From a bacterium (lineage in GTDB: Bacteria > Elusimicrobiota > Elusimicrobia > UBA1565 > UBA9628): 64,000 nucleotides of DNA. Where the stretch lies: assembly GCA_021846045.1 (NCBI GenBank), contig JAJZCM010000001.1, positions 54,457-118,456 of the forward strand, given 5' to 3'. The translations under genes and the position numbers were made by a program. The notes below the pieces were generated by a model. It saw only the letters and a program-made list of their open reading frames with translations, did not search any database and was not told where the DNA came from. Below, one piece after another: positions 17,380 to 31,710 of the stretch. Numbering within the stretch: the first letter of the stretch is position 1; each line of letters begins with the position of its first letter.

Positions 17380-18497
17380 TGAATTCTTTAGACCCCGTCT
17401 CCGAGAGGGCTTTGAAGCTCAACTCGGCTTTTAATTTCCCTCCCGACGCCAGGAGAAAGATATTAAAGGAATTTGGAAATTCTTTGTGGGATAAACCGGC
17501 GGAGACTTGGTCCGAAGTCTCGGGACTGTCCTACGCATCGGCCGATAAACTCAAGCAAGAGGCGTTTTCTTTTGACGCCCCAAGAGAGTTCGAGCGCGTT
17601 CAGTCTCTCGGGGCGAGGGTTCTTTTTGACTGGGAAAAAAGTTATCCCGAAATTCTCAAAACTCTTCTTCACGCGCCTTTGGCGATTTATGTGATGGGCG
17701 AAATGTCTGAAACCAATTCCTTGGCCATCGTAGGAACGCGCACCCCTACTTCTTATGGACGGAGAATGGCCGCCCGGTTTTCGCGAGAGGGGGTTTCTTC
17801 GGGGCTGACGATCGTCAGCGGCTTGGCCAGGGGAATTGATACCGAAGCGCATCGGGCGGCGGTTGAGAATGCGGGAAAAACTTGGGCGGTTTTGGGCTCG
17901 GGATTCTTGAATTTATATCCTGCGGAGAACAAAAAATTATCCGATCAGATTGTAGAAAACGGGGGATGTTTGATCAGCGAATTTCCGCTTGAAACCAAGC
18001 CCTGGCCCGCTTGTTTCCCCATGCGAAACCGGATTATTTCCGGTCTTTCCTGGGGCGTGATGGTGGTGGAGGGAAAAGAAAAATCTGGTTCCTTGATTAC
18101 CGCGCGAATCGCGGCGGAACAAGGGCGGGCGGTTTTTGCGGTTCCCGGCCCGATTGATTCTCCCCTGAGCGAGGCGCCCCATCTTTTGATTGCGCAAGGA
18201 GCTAAATTAGTTTCCCATTTTAACGATGTGTTGGAGGATCTGCCGCCCTCATGTTTTAAAGAAGAAATGAAGCCTTCCGAACAAGTTTTTTTCGCGCCTG
18301 AATTTCCACGGGCCCTTTCCTTGACTAAGCGTAAAATTCTACAATTCATCGGTTCTCAGGTCCTGGGACTAGAGGAGATCGGCGTTGGATGCGGCCTTGA
18401 TTTTCCCAGCCTTTCCTCGGATTTGTTTGAACTTGAAATGGATGGATTGATTATCAGCGAACCAGGACAACGTTATGCCATTAAAAAAAGAAACTAA
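17373..18497 (+). CDS. dprA: DNA processing protein A (Smf)
   Basis: Rossmann-like DprA core: AIVGTRTPTSYG, GLARGIDTEAHRAA, RNRIISGLS. Confidence 0.85.
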   Translation: MVMNSLDPVSERALKLNSAFNFPPDARRKILKEFGNSLWDKPAETWSEVSGLSYASADKLKQEAFSFDAPREFERVQSLGARVLFDWEKSYPEILKTLLHAPLAIYVMGEMSETNSLAIVGTRTPTSYGRRMAARFSREGVSSGLTIVSGLARGIDTEAHRAAVENAGKTWAVLGSGFLNLYPAENKKLSDQIVENGGCLISEFPLETKPWPACFPMRNRIISGLSWGVMVVEGKEKSGSLITARIAAEQGRAVFAVPGPIDSPLSEAPHLLIAQGAKLVSHFNDVLEDLPPSCFKEEMKPSEQVFFAPEFPRALSLTKRKILQFIGSQVLGLEEIGVGCGLDFPSLSSDLFELEMDGLIISEPGQRYAIKKRN

Positions 18498-20835
18498 AAA
18501 AAAGAAAGTCAAAACAGACGGCGCAAAAAAAACAAAAAGCGGTCAAGAAACATCGCTTCTGATCGTTGAGTCGCCGGCCAAGGAACGGACCATTTCCCGC
18601 CTATTAAAAGGAAATATCATCGTCAAAAGCTCTTTCGGCCATGTGCGGGATTTGCCGGTAAGAAAAATGGGGGTTGACGTCCATAAGGGCTTTCAGCCGG
18701 AATACGTCGTTTTGCCGCGCGCCAAGAAAGTCATCTCGGAGCTTAAAAAACTGGCGGATAAGTCGACTTATGTTTATCTCGCGACCGACCATGACCGCGA
18801 AGGAGAATCCATCGCTTGGCATTTAAGCGACATTCTCCATTTGAATTCCCAAAAGGCTCGCCGGATCACCTTTCATGAAATCACTTTGCCGGCCATCAAG
18901 GAAGCTCTTGCCTCGCCTCGGGACATTGATCAGCATTTAGTGGGCGCTCAGCAGGCTAGAAGAATCATAGACCGCTTGGTCGGCTATGAACTTTCTCCCT
19001 TGCTGTGGGAGAAAATTAAAAAAGGCTTGTCCGCTGGACGGGTGCAATCGGTGGCGGTTCGGCTTTTGTCGGAAAGAGAGAAGGAGATTAAATCTTTCGT
19101 TTCGGAGTCGTTTTGGATCGTGCAGGTTCTCTTAAAAAAGGACGGTTTCCCGGCTTTTCTCGCTGATTTGACTTTGTGGAAGAGCGCAAAAGTCGAGCAA
19201 ACGAAAACTTTTAATCTTTTTGCCGAGCCTTACCGAGTTCGCATGAGCTCTCTTAAAAGTGAGGCAGACGTCAAGGAAGTGGAAAAAGACGCCTCTTCCA
19301 ACGCTTTTACGGTGATTGCGGCCGAGCGCAAGGAATCTCGCCGGCGTCCGGCTCCGCCTTTTTCAACGAGCGCTCTTCAACAAGCGGCTTCGACGAAACT
19401 GGGCTTTACGGCCGAGCGCACGATGCGGACCGCGCAATCTCTCTATGAGGGTATTGATTTGGGAAACGGAGAAACCGTCGGTCTGATTACTTATATGAGA
19501 ACTGATTCGTTTTTCGTTTCCAAAATCGCGGCCAACGAAGCGTCCGCTTTCATTAAAGACCGTTTCGGCGCAGATTACGCTCCGGATTCACCGCCGGTTT
19601 ACCAAACAAAAACCATGGCCGCTCAGGAAGCCCATGAAGCCATTCGTCCGACCAGCATCTTAAGAACTCCCGAGGAATTAAAAAGCCGCATTAATTCCGA
19701 TCAGGCGAAACTCTACGACCTGATCTGGAAAAGATTTGTCTCAAGCCAAATGAGAGAAGCCGTTTACGATACGCTGGCCATCGATATTAAAGGGTCGGGT
19801 GAAGCCGTTTTTCACGCCTCGGGCCGGGCGCTTAAATTTGAAGGTTTTCTTAAAGTCTATTCGATAGACAAAGAGGACTCGGAAGAAAATGAGGAAAATG
19901 AAAATTCTCAAGACCGGCCTTTGCCGCCTCTGCAAGCGGGGGACGCTCTGCAGTTAACGCAATTTAAGCCTGAAATGAAGAAAACCGGGCCGCCTCCTTT
20001 TTATAACGAGGCGAGTTTGATTCGGACGATGGAAAAACATGGCATAGGGCGTCCCTCAACTTATGCGCCTACGATTAAGACCATCGTCGATCGCGGATAT
20101 GTGCGCAGGCAGAAAGACCGCCAGCTTCTGGTCACCGAACTGGGGAACTTGGTCACCGATAAGCTCAAACAGCATTTTCCGGATGTCGTCAGCTTGGGAT
20201 ATACCGCCGAAGTCGAGGAGCGCCTGGATAGAATCGCGGAAGGCGTTGAGGAATGGAACGGGGTCATTGCGGATTTTTATAAGCCTTTCTCTGAATCCGT
20301 CAAAAAGGCCTCTTCGGAAATGACGGTGTCCCGTATTGAACCCAAACAAACCGATGAAATCTGTCCCTTGTGCGGCAGCCCGATGCTTTTGCGCGAAAGC
20401 CGCTTTGGGCAATATATTTCGTGCTCGCGTTTTCCCGAATGCAAGGGTAAAATAGCTCTAAACGCGGAAGGAAAAAAGCTTGAGCCGGAGAAGACCGATG
20501 AAATATGCGATGTTTGCGGAAAGCCCATGGTCATCCGAACCGGCAGGAAGGGCCGCTTTATGGCGTGTTCCGGTTACCCGGCCTGTAAGAATACATTCTC
20601 CTTGGACGCGGAGGGCAAAAAGGTCATGGATTCTCGGCCGCTTCTTACCAGCCGTCCTTGCGACAAATGTCAAAAGCCCATGTGGATTAGAAAAGGAAAA
20701 CGCGGTTTTTTCCTAGCGTGTTCGGGCTTTCCTAAATGCCGGAATCTGAAACCTTTATCAAAAGAAGAAGGGCAGTCATTACGCAAGGAAGCGGAAGCGG
20801 ATTTCGCCAAAAACCGAGGGTTCGGAAAGAAATAG
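18475..20835 (+). CDS. topA: DNA topoisomerase I
   Basis: TOPRIM (LLIVESPAKERTI, ATDHDREGE), the catalytic Tyr region, and three C-terminal C4 zinc-ribbon motifs (CPLCGSPM..CSRFPECK etc.). Confidence 0.9.
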   Translation: MPLKKETKKKKVKTDGAKKTKSGQETSLLIVESPAKERTISRLLKGNIIVKSSFGHVRDLPVRKMGVDVHKGFQPEYVVLPRAKKVISELKKLADKSTYVYLATDHDREGESIAWHLSDILHLNSQKARRITFHEITLPAIKEALASPRDIDQHLVGAQQARRIIDRLVGYELSPLLWEKIKKGLSAGRVQSVAVRLLSEREKEIKSFVSESFWIVQVLLKKDGFPAFLADLTLWKSAKVEQTKTFNLFAEPYRVRMSSLKSEADVKEVEKDASSNAFTVIAAERKESRRRPAPPFSTSALQQAASTKLGFTAERTMRTAQSLYEGIDLGNGETVGLITYMRTDSFFVSKIAANEASAFIKDRFGADYAPDSPPVYQTKTMAAQEAHEAIRPTSILRTPEELKSRINSDQAKLYDLIWKRFVSSQMREAVYDTLAIDIKGSGEAVFHASGRALKFEGFLKVYSIDKEDSEENEENENSQDRPLPPLQAGDALQLTQFKPEMKKTGPPPFYNEASLIRTMEKHGIGRPSTYAPTIKTIVDRGYVRRQKDRQLLVTELGNLVTDKLKQHFPDVVSLGYTAEVEERLDRIAEGVEEWNGVIADFYKPFSESVKKASSEMTVSRIEPKQTDEICPLCGSPMLLRESRFGQYISCSRFPECKGKIALNAEGKKLEPEKTDEICDVCGKPMVIRTGRKGRFMACSGYPACKNTFSLDAEGKKVMDSRPLLTSRPCDKCQKPMWIRKGKRGFFLACSGFPKCRNLKPLSKEEGQSLRKEAEADFAKNRGFGKK

Positions 20836-21714
20836 TGAGGGAGCATATTGTCGATTTTTTATCCTATTTGAGGGGAACCCGCCGATATTCCGCCCATACC
20901 CTAAGAGCGTATGACTTCGACTTAAATGAGTTTGTCGCGGTTTCGCAATTGCAGTCTCTTGCCGGGATAGAACGGGGGCTTATTCGCGCTTATATCGCCG
21001 ACCTTCAAAAGAAGAAAAATCTTTCACGCAATAGTCTCCTGAGGAAGATTTCCGCCGTGCGTTCGCTGACCCGGTTTTTACTCGAAAGAAACTTAATTTC
21101 CGATTCCCCTTTTGTCGGCCTCATTCTTCCTAAAAAAGAGAAGCTGCTTCCCAAATTTATGACGGAAGATGAAGTGTCGGCGCTCTTGGAAACATCCTCT
21201 TCCGGCGTGGGCCGATCTTTGTTAAGAGACCGCGCCCTTTTAGAAATTCTTTATTCCACGGGCGTTCGTCGCGCGGAATTGTCCTCTCTCAACATAGGAG
21301 ACGTTGATTTTAACGGGGGCTTTCTTCGCGTGTTTGGGAAAGGATCGCGGGAACGGGTCGTTCCGGTGGGCAACCAAGCCTTAAGCGTTCTGCGCTCTTA
21401 TCTTGATTCAAGGCCTTCAAGACATGGGGGAGATCCTTTGTTTTTCAACGCTAGAGGAAGCCGCCTTTCGGAACAGGGAATCGCTTTAATCATAAAAAAA
21501 TGGAAAAACAACCTGCATTGGCCCAAAAGATTGACTCCGCATATGTTTCGGCATAGCTTCGCGACGCATCTTCTGAACGCAGGCTGCGATCTGCGTTCTT
21601 TACAGGAAATGTTGGGGCATAAAAATCTCTCCAATACCCAGATTTACACCCATGTTTCCCTGGAGCGCCTTAAAGAGGTTTACGGAAAGTCCCATCCTAG
21701 AGCGCGGTCTTCGC

Positions 21715-21725
<11 letters not shown>
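20835..21725 (+). CDS. tyrosine recombinase XerC/XerD family
   Basis: N-terminal SAM-like domain (HTLRAYDFDL) and the catalytic region HMFRHSFATHLLNAGCDLRSLQEMLGHKNLSNTQIYTHV. A GTG start overlaps the topA TAG (TAGTG). Confidence 0.8.
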
Positions 21726-24734
<3,009 letters not shown>

Positions 24735-24737
24735 TTC

Positions 24738-25094
24738 ATGAGAACCTGGCCTAAAGACAAAGTTGCCTTGGGCCTTGTGGTAACAGCCGTTTTGTTGGAG
24801 TTAGTTTTTGGGCTTACAGGACTGACTTGGGGATTGCCGAACGAGTCCCGTTTTGTCATCTTCCCTCCGGCCATGCTTTCCGATTCCAAAATGCCGGAAA
24901 ATCTTGAGGTGAGCTGGAAGAAAATTTATCAAGGGGTCAAGCAATCACGACGAGAAGATAGCGATGAGTTAATGCCGAGTATTAAAGGACTTGCGGAATT
25001 TAAGCCGTTCTCTTTAGGGCCGTTCGCGATGGACCCTCATTACTACATCAATACCGCGATGAGAATCTTTAAGTTAAAAGCTCAAAAATCTTAA
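24738..25094 (+). CDS. small membrane protein; possible N-terminal remnant of a GT-C (ArnT/PMT-like) glycosyltransferase
   Basis: One TM helix and WGLPNESRFVIF, which resembles the conserved WGLPN..DE N-terminal motif of the GT-C at 45850. Confidence 0.3.
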   Translation: MRTWPKDKVALGLVVTAVLLELVFGLTGLTWGLPNESRFVIFPPAMLSDSKMPENLEVSWKKIYQGVKQSRREDSDELMPSIKGLAEFKPFSLGPFAMDPHYYINTAMRIFKLKAQKS

Positions 25095-25155
25095 TGCCTT
25101 TCCGTTTAGGCTCCGTGACAGAATAATGCGAGCCCTGAGAGTATCGTGGGAAGGG

Positions 25156-26220
25156 CTATCGGCAAATTTGCGACCAATCGGGGTTTGCTTGGGCAAACTT
25201 GGCGATCTCCGATAGAATGTTCTGAATCTTGACTTGAGGCTTCCAATTCCAGGCCTTTTGGGCGCGAGAAGAGTCCAAGACCATCCATGGAATATCAAAA
25301 GGGCGGTTTCGAGGATCGGCCTTGACCGTGTTCTCTCCCAAGCGTTCTCCGCACCAAGAAGATAATTGCGCGAGCGACATGCTGTTTTCCAAACCGCCGG
25401 AAACGTTGAGGATTTTGAGAGCCGAATTTTTTGGAGATCGAATTTGCTTTTCCAAAAGAGAGGCCAAATCGCGAGGATGCAGGCAATCGCGGACTTGATA
25501 GCCCTTTCCGTTAAATCCGATATAGCGGAGCGGGCGTTTTTCCCGCCAAGCATGAATCCAATAGCTGAAAATTCCTTGTTCTGCGCGGCCGAACTGCCCA
25601 GCCCCGGACAAAACGCCGCAGCGATTGATGAAAACGGGGAAATTAAAAATCTCTCCATACTCCAAGGCAAGGGCCTCGGACACGAGTTTGCTTGTCCCGT
25701 AAAGAGACAAGGGGGGGCGCGTGGAAAAATCCTCGTTGACGCCTTTCAGGCTCAAGCCCTGGGGCCAGGAAGAGGATTTTTTAGGGTAAAAGGCCTCATT
25801 TTTGGCCTTGACTGTCAAACTCTCAAGCGATTTAATCGAATAGACGCGGCTGGTGCTGAGCAAAATAAATCCCGCCTTTTGGACTTTGCAGAATTCAAGC
25901 ATGTTGAGCGTTCCCATCAAATTGTGTTCGATTGTCTGTCGGCTGGATGTTTGGCCGTCAATTCCAGCTAGGACGCTGGGATTTGCGGCCGCGTCTATGA
26001 TCCAGTCCACCGCGGGTAAGGTCTCAAAATCACTGGGAATTCGAATGTCGCCGTGAAAAAGTGGAACACCCCACTGTTTGAGAAATCTGCGGTTGAGTTC
26101 GCTTCCCGGACGGATGAGATTGTCAAAACCGAGGATTTCGTGATTAAGCCCTTCTTCTTTCCAGACTTTAATGATGGAACTTCCGACAAACCCGCAGGCG
26201 CCGGTGATTAGAATTTTCAT
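25156..26220 (-). CDS. NAD-dependent epimerase/dehydratase (extended SDR; CDP-sugar 2-epimerase-like)
   Basis: [13 protein letters not shown] Rossmann motif and a YxxxK region. Confidence 0.8.
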   Translation of the reverse strand: MKILITGACGFVGSSIIKVWKEEGLNHEILGFDNLIRPGSELNRRFLKQWGVPLFHGDIRIPSDFETLPAVDWIIDAAANPSVLAGIDGQTSSRQTIEHNLMGTLNMLEFCKVQKAGFILLSTSRVYSIKSLESLTVKAKNEAFYPKKSSSWPQGLSLKGVNEDFSTRPPLSLYGTSKLVSEALALEYGEIFNFPVFINRCGVLSGAGQFGRAEQGIFSYWIHAWREKRPLRYIGFNGKGYQVRDCLHPRDLASLLEKQIRSPKNSALKILNVSGGLENSMSLAQLSSWCGERLGENTVKADPRNRPFDIPWMVLDSSRAQKAWNWKPQVKIQNILSEIAKFAQANPDWSQICR

Positions 26221-27287
26221 GCTGGAATTTTTTTCAGCCTGTTGCGCCAGGAATCGGCGATCTCGCGAAAGATATCGTCAAGAGATTTTGCAATGTCCCA
26301 GTTGGGATAATGCGTCTTCATTTTTCTTAAATCGCTGTAATAGCAGATGTGGTCGCCGATACGGTTTTCATCGAGGTAGACGTATTTCTGTTTTTTTCCG
26401 CTCAAGGCCGAGACCTTTTCGAAGGCTTCAAGAATGGAGCAGGCGTTGTTTTTTCCGCCGCCGAGATTATAAACTTCTCCGCATCTGGGGGATTTTGCGA
26501 ACTCATGGATAAAGGCCGCGACGTCTTCCGAATGGATATTGTCTCGAACCTGCTTTCCTTTATACCCATAAACCTTGTATTCTCTTTCCTCAAGATTGCA
26601 CTTGATGAGATAGCTTAAAAAACCATGCAGTTCGACGCCCGAATGGTTGGGGCCCGTTAAGCATCCGCCTCTAAGGGCGCAGGTCGGCATGTTGAAATAT
26701 CGCCCATATTCTTGGACCATGACGTCCCCGGCTACTTTTGAGGCCCCGAAGATGGAATGCTTCGATTGGTCAATGGAAAACGTTTCCGGAATTCCGTTTT
26801 GATATATCGGATCATCATAATCCCAGCGCGTTTTCAATTCCTTCATTTTGATGGCGTTGGGGAGATCACCGTAAACTTTATTGGTCGACATGTGGATGAA
26901 GGGAGACTCGCGGCAGAAACGCCTGGCGGCTTCAAGCAAATTGAGCGTTCCGACCGCATTGGTGTCGAAATCATCAAAAGGAATTGCGGCGGCGCGGTCA
27001 TGGGAGGGTTGGGCGGCGGTATGGACGATGATGTCGGGCTTAATTTCCGATAAAAGCTTTAAGACGTTTGCCCGATCGCGGATATCAAGTTCGTGGTGGG
27101 TGAAGTCCGAGAGAGTTCCTTCAAGCCTTTTTTGATTCCAACGCGTGTCGCCCGAATGTCCAAAAAAAACCGCGCGTTGGTTGTTGTCCAAGCCTTCGAC
27201 CTTGAAACCGCGCTTCCCAAAATAAATGCAAACCTCGGAGCCGATTAAACCTGAGGAGCCGGTCACGAAGACCTTCTTTTTTTTCAT
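26217..27287 (-). CDS. NAD-dependent epimerase/dehydratase (extended SDR)
   Basis: [13 protein letters not shown] Rossmann motif. Overlaps the downstream SDR gene by 4 nt. Confidence 0.8.
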   Translation of the reverse strand: MKKKKVFVTGSSGLIGSEVCIYFGKRGFKVEGLDNNQRAVFFGHSGDTRWNQKRLEGTLSDFTHHELDIRDRANVLKLLSEIKPDIIVHTAAQPSHDRAAAIPFDDFDTNAVGTLNLLEAARRFCRESPFIHMSTNKVYGDLPNAIKMKELKTRWDYDDPIYQNGIPETFSIDQSKHSIFGASKVAGDVMVQEYGRYFNMPTCALRGGCLTGPNHSGVELHGFLSYLIKCNLEEREYKVYGYKGKQVRDNIHSEDVAAFIHEFAKSPRCGEVYNLGGGKNNACSILEAFEKVSALSGKKQKYVYLDENRIGDHICYYSDLRKMKTHYPNWDIAKSLDDIFREIADSWRNRLKKIPA

Positions 27288-27330
27288 TACGATATCTAAC
27301 GATATTTACCCGCCTTTTTGCTAGGATTTC

Positions 27331-29901
27331 TTGATGCCGACCATGGTTAAAGATAAGATTGCCTCGCTTAAGAAATCTCTTGAGCTTCAGTCCTTTCTTC
27401 ATAAATCCATGATTTGGTGGCTTCCGCTTCTCTATTTTTTAATTTCTTCTCTTTTCTATTTACGGACATACGATTCCGCTCAGGTCAAGATTACCATCAT
27501 GCAAATGGGGGGATTGGCGCTTTTGACCCTGTGGGTCAGCCGCTTGATTGAATCGGGCGGCGCCGCGCTCAGCCGGGAAGACCTGGTTTGTCTGTCTCCG
27601 TTTTTGGCGTATCTTTTGGTCGGAATTCTTTCCTTCATCCATGCGCCTTACCGAATGGCGAGCGTGGACTTTTTCATCCGGCATTTTTTCTTTATGTCGG
27701 TGGCTCTTATCGTTATCTATGAATTCGACGCCGAAGCGTCAGAGCGTTTGACAAAAATACTCATTTGGACGGCCTGGGTGGCGGTCGGATACGGGTTTCT
27801 CCAGGTCATTGATACCCATTTCTTTCCTCCCGGAGTGGGGCACGGCATCGATCCTTTCATCTGGCGCATGGCCTTTGGCGATCGAGTGTTCTCAACTTAC
27901 GGTAATCCCAACTTTTTCGCGGACTTTTTAGTCATCATCTTCCCCATCTTGTTGTTGCGCTATCTCAAAGGGCGCCGGATGTCCTTGATTCCCTTGATGT
28001 TGATGCTCTTGGTTGATCTCTATTTTACGGGGACCAAGGGGGCTTGGGTGGGTTTTGGAATCGTGATTGTCGTTTTTTGCGTGATCGCCTTCATCTATTT
28101 TAAGGAAATTATTCAGCCGTATCGAAAGTATTTGATTGGGGCGGCAATTGCGGTCTTGCTACCGTTCTCATATATATTCATGAAGGATTTCACGACGCGC
28201 CTGGCTTCGGTTAATTTCCGCTTGTTTACCTGGGAAGCCACTTGGGAAATGATCATGACCCAGCCCTTTATCGGGACCGGCGTGGGGAGTTTTCCTCCGG
28301 TTTATCCTGCTTTTAGGCGCCCGCCGATTTTTCATATCGAGGCCAAGCATAATACGGAAACCGATCACGCGGAAGACGAGTATTTGGAAGAGTTGTTCGA
28401 CAATGGAATTCTGGGCTTTGGCGTATTTTTGTGGTTGATCATCAGCACCTTGGTCGTCGGTTTTAAGTCTCTAGGGCAGATGCTGGATGTTTCCCACTCA
28501 TCAAAAGATAAAAAAATTCCGCCGAGGGTCTTTGACCTTTTGGGCTACATGATCGCGTTTATCGGCATGTTGTGTCATAATTTTTTCGACGTGAGTCTCC
28601 GTTTTGTCTCTTCGGGGGTTTATTTGGGCCTTTTGCCTGGGATGATCGTAAATCTCTCCCGAGGAAAGGGCCTTTATGAATCGCATACTCTTCAGGAAAA
28701 AAATGTCAAACCGGGCGAAGCGGCTCCGGAGTCGTTTTGGAAAACCCTGTCTGAGTTCTTAATCTGGCCGGTTCGTTTGGCTGCCTGGGGCGGGCTTTTC
28801 TATATCGCCTTCTTGATTCTGACTCAATTTAACGCCTTGCAGGGCCCTATTGATCGCCTAACGATGGGAGGGGAAATTCTTCAGTGGTGGCTTTCTTGGG
28901 GAACCTTATTGGCTTGCGTTCTTGGATTGGGATTTGTTTTTTTTCGACTGATCCTTCTGTCGGAGAATCCCTTTGTCGGGGCGCTCATCTTGTCGGCCCT
29001 GCCGATTCTTTATACTTTTTGGGGTTATTTTAAAGCCGATATCCATCACAATATCGCCATCTATTTTTCAAAGGAACATGATTGGGATAAGGCCTTGTCC
29101 GAATATCAAACGGTGCATCGCCTCGATCCTAATTTTGCGATGGCGCTCTACTTCATGGGGAATGTCTTCAACGACCGGTTTAATATGCAAAAAACTTATA
29201 ATCCTTCCTGGGGAGACAAGAACAACGTTTCGCGGGATGATTATGAGCGCGCCTTGGACGCCTATAATGAAGTTCGCAAGCTTTCCCCCAATTACGTTCA
29301 GATGCATTATCAGGTGGGCGTCCTTCATCTTAAGCGCGCCCAGTGGGCGATAGACCACGGTCATCCCGAAGACGCGTTGACGTATTTTAACCGCGCGCTG
29401 ACCCGCTTTAAGCTTTATAAGACCATTGATCCCGTCTTTGGGCCCAATTTCCTGAGAATAGGCCAGGTCTATATGATGGAGCATCGCTATGCGGACGCGG
29501 TCAAGGCCTACCAAGAATATATTTTGGCGGATAAATGCGCGGTTGATCCTTCCTTGATCGTCAAGCCTTTCCTTAGAAAAACCATTCTCAGTTATCAAAC
29601 CTATGTTCATGTCCCCGGAATTCCCTATCCGGTTCATCGTCACCCCGCTCCCGACAAGCATGCGGAAGGGGCCGAGGTTTACACCAGTTTGGGGAACGCT
29701 TATTTTATGATGAATAATTTTGAGGCGGCCAAGGCCGCTTACCAGGAAGCTCTTCAATATGATCCAAATTTTGCCCAAGCTCAACATAACATAGCCGCCG
29801 TCTCGCTGCGGCTTAAAAATCCAAAAGGGAAGCCCTTGCTCCAAAATCCTTCAGAAGCTTCTCCACATTCTTCCGGCTATGAGATCATTCAGAAAAAGTA
29901 G
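27331..29901 (+). CDS. Wzy_C (O-antigen ligase / PglL-type oligosaccharyltransferase-like) polytopic membrane protein with C-terminal TPR domain
   Basis: More than 10 TM helices and the Wzy_C-like loop PFIGTGVGSFPPVYPAFR...HIEAKHNTETDHAEDEYLEELFDNGILG. The C-terminal ~350 aa are TPR-like. Confidence 0.65.
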   Translation: MMPTMVKDKIASLKKSLELQSFLHKSMIWWLPLLYFLISSLFYLRTYDSAQVKITIMQMGGLALLTLWVSRLIESGGAALSREDLVCLSPFLAYLLVGILSFIHAPYRMASVDFFIRHFFFMSVALIVIYEFDAEASERLTKILIWTAWVAVGYGFLQVIDTHFFPPGVGHGIDPFIWRMAFGDRVFSTYGNPNFFADFLVIIFPILLLRYLKGRRMSLIPLMLMLLVDLYFTGTKGAWVGFGIVIVVFCVIAFIYFKEIIQPYRKYLIGAAIAVLLPFSYIFMKDFTTRLASVNFRLFTWEATWEMIMTQPFIGTGVGSFPPVYPAFRRPPIFHIEAKHNTETDHAEDEYLEELFDNGILGFGVFLWLIISTLVVGFKSLGQMLDVSHSSKDKKIPPRVFDLLGYMIAFIGMLCHNFFDVSLRFVSSGVYLGLLPGMIVNLSRGKGLYESHTLQEKNVKPGEAAPESFWKTLSEFLIWPVRLAAWGGLFYIAFLILTQFNALQGPIDRLTMGGEILQWWLSWGTLLACVLGLGFVFFRLILLSENPFVGALILSALPILYTFWGYFKADIHHNIAIYFSKEHDWDKALSEYQTVHRLDPNFAMALYFMGNVFNDRFNMQKTYNPSWGDKNNVSRDDYERALDAYNEVRKLSPNYVQMHYQVGVLHLKRAQWAIDHGHPEDALTYFNRALTRFKLYKTIDPVFGPNFLRIGQVYMMEHRYADAVKAYQEYILADKCAVDPSLIVKPFLRKTILSYQTYVHVPGIPYPVHRHPAPDKHAEGAEVYTSLGNAYFMMNNFEAAKAAYQEALQYDPNFAQAQHNIAAVSLRLKNPKGKPLLQNPSEASPHSSGYEIIQKK

Positions 29902-31708
29902 CCGCAAATTTCTTCCCGCTCTTTTAATCGCCTTTGCGGCTTCTTTGACCGCCGCTGTCAGGGCGGCAACTTTTCCCGCGACCGACGAGGCCGTTTTTTC
30001 TCCGATGCAAGAGGAAATGGCGCGTTCGCTCAAAAATTTGAAAGAGGGAGATTTTGGGCCGCCTTATTTTATCGCTTACCGCATGGTCGTTGGCCGGGGA
30101 ATGGATATCTCGGCGTCTTTTGGCGGAGTTGTATCCGAAAACAAATATCATTCCCAGACTCTTTTCTCCGAAGTCAGATATGGGAATAAAAAAATGGATA
30201 ACACCTCGATTCAATATCAGGGGCTGAGCGCAGAGGCGCCGCTCAGCGGAAAAGAATTACGCGAGAATTTATGGATATTGACGGATAAGGCCTATAAGGA
30301 CGCGGTTGCCGGATATCTGGAAAAAAAAGCGAAACGGGTTACGGAATTTAGAGCGGAAAATCTGCCGGATTTTACCGATGAACCCTCGACGCGTTCCTAT
30401 GAGCCTCAAGAGGCTCCGAGTTTTGACGATGCCGCAGCCCGTTCCCTCGTTAAAAATTTAAGCCGGCTTTTGCGTTCCTATCCTTATATTTATCATGGGA
30501 CTGTGATTTTGCATTTAGGATGGTCGCGCCGGTACCTTTTGACCTCCGAGGGGACCAAGGTCTCGGGGCCGTATGAGAATTTGCCCAATTACCTCAGTAT
30601 TGACGTCAATTCTCGAGCGAAAGACGGGCTTAAGGTCAGCAATTACCGCGAGTGGGTTTTTAAAGATATGAAAAGTCTTCCGCCTCGGGAGAAACTAGCA
30701 AGAGCCGTGAAGCGCTTGGCGCTTGAGCTTAAAGAGTTGAGAGACGCCCCCTTAGAGACACCCGTCGCCGCTCCGACAATTTTGGATCCGGAAATGACGG
30801 GGGTCTTGTTTCATGAAGCGTTGGGACACAAGTTAGAGGGGGAGCGGCAAAGGGATCCCTTGCAAGGGCAAATATTTAAAGGCATGGTCGGCAAAAAAAT
30901 TATTCCAAGTTTCTTGTCAGTTATTGACGACCCAACGATGAGTTTTTTTAAAGGCGTTTCGCTTCACGGTCATTACCGGATTGATTCCGAAGGCGTCCCA
31001 TCTGAAAGAGTCGTTCTGGTTCGCAATGGTATTTTGGAAAATTTCCTGATGTCGAGATGGCCGCTTAAGGATTTTTCCCATTCAAACGGGCATGGGCGGG
31101 CTTCTTCAAGACTTCGTCCCTTGGGGCGCATGGCGAACTTGATGATTGAGGCTAAAAATCCTCTAAGTCCCGCCGCGCTTAAAAATAAATTACTGAAGCT
31201 GCTTCGCTCGGAACACAAGCCTTACGGCTTTAGGATTGTGGGCGCTTACGGCGGAGACAATCCAAGCGAGAGAACCCAGGCTCAGACGCTGCAGCTTCGG
31301 CCGCGTTTAGTTTACCGAATTTCGGCCAAGGACGGAAAAGAGACCTTGGTAAGAGGCGTTAAAATCGTCGTGACCCCCTTGGTCGTTTTAAACCGCATTT
31401 TGGCGGCTTCAAACGACGAGGCCCTCTCAAATCCTTACTTTTGCGGGGCGGAATCAGGATGGGCGCCGGTCGATCAAATCGCTCCGAGCGTTTTAGTTTC
31501 GGAGCTTGAGTTTGAGCGTCTGCCTGAAAATCGCTTAAAACCGCCGATTTTGCCCTCTCCGTTGACACATTTGCTAAAGCACGGAGAGGACGCTTGGCCT
31601 CCAGCCTTGATCGCGCCCTCTCCGTTGACACATTTGCTAAAGCACGGAGAGGACGCTTGGCCTCCAGCCTTGATCGCGCCTTCTCCGTTGACGCATGGAA
31701 AAAATTGA
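29879..31708 (+). CDS. secreted TldD-like metallopeptidase (HExxGH present)
   Basis: Signal peptide, then a TldD/PmbA fold pattern with HEALGHKLEGE. The C-terminus is extended by a 63-nt tandem duplication. Confidence 0.7.
   Translation: MRSFRKSSRKFLPALLIAFAASLTAAVRAATFPATDEAVFSPMQEEMARSLKNLKEGDFGPPYFIAYRMVVGRGMDISASFGGVVSENKYHSQTLFSEVRYGNKKMDNTSIQYQGLSAEAPLSGKELRENLWILTDKAYKDAVAGYLEKKAKRVTEFRAENLPDFTDEPSTRSYEPQEAPSFDDAAARSLVKNLSRLLRSYPYIYHGTVILHLGWSRRYLLTSEGTKVSGPYENLPNYLSIDVNSRAKDGLKVSNYREWVFKDMKSLPPREKLARAVKRLALELKELRDAPLETPVAAPTILDPEMTGVLFHEALGHKLEGERQRDPLQGQIFKGMVGKKIIPSFLSVIDDPTMSFFKGVSLHGHYRIDSEGVPSERVVLVRNGILENFLMSRWPLKDFSHSNGHGRASSRLRPLGRMANLMIEAKNPLSPAALKNKLLKLLRSEHKPYGFRIVGAYGGDNPSERTQAQTLQLRPRLVYRISAKDGKETLVRGVKIVVTPLVVLNRILAASNDEALSNPYFCGAESGWAPVDQIAPSVLVSELEFERLPENRLKPPILPSPLTHLLKHGEDAWPPALIAPSPLTHLLKHGEDAWPPALIAPSPLTHGKN
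31555..31698. repeat. 63-bp tandem duplication (2.3 copies), each unit holding an 8-bp-stem hairpin CTCTCCGT..ACGGAGAG
   Basis: Units 31555-31617 and 31618-31680 are identical, followed by a partial third unit. Encodes PSPLTHLLKHGEDAWPPALIA x2 at the C-terminus of the TldD-like protein. Confidence 0.85.
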
Positions 31709-31710
31709 CA

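Noticed and set aside
21398-21634. Antisense ORFs within xer, topA and purA (for example 21398..21634, 20056..20412)
   Set aside because: They are fully embedded opposite well-supported conserved genes, so they are spurious.
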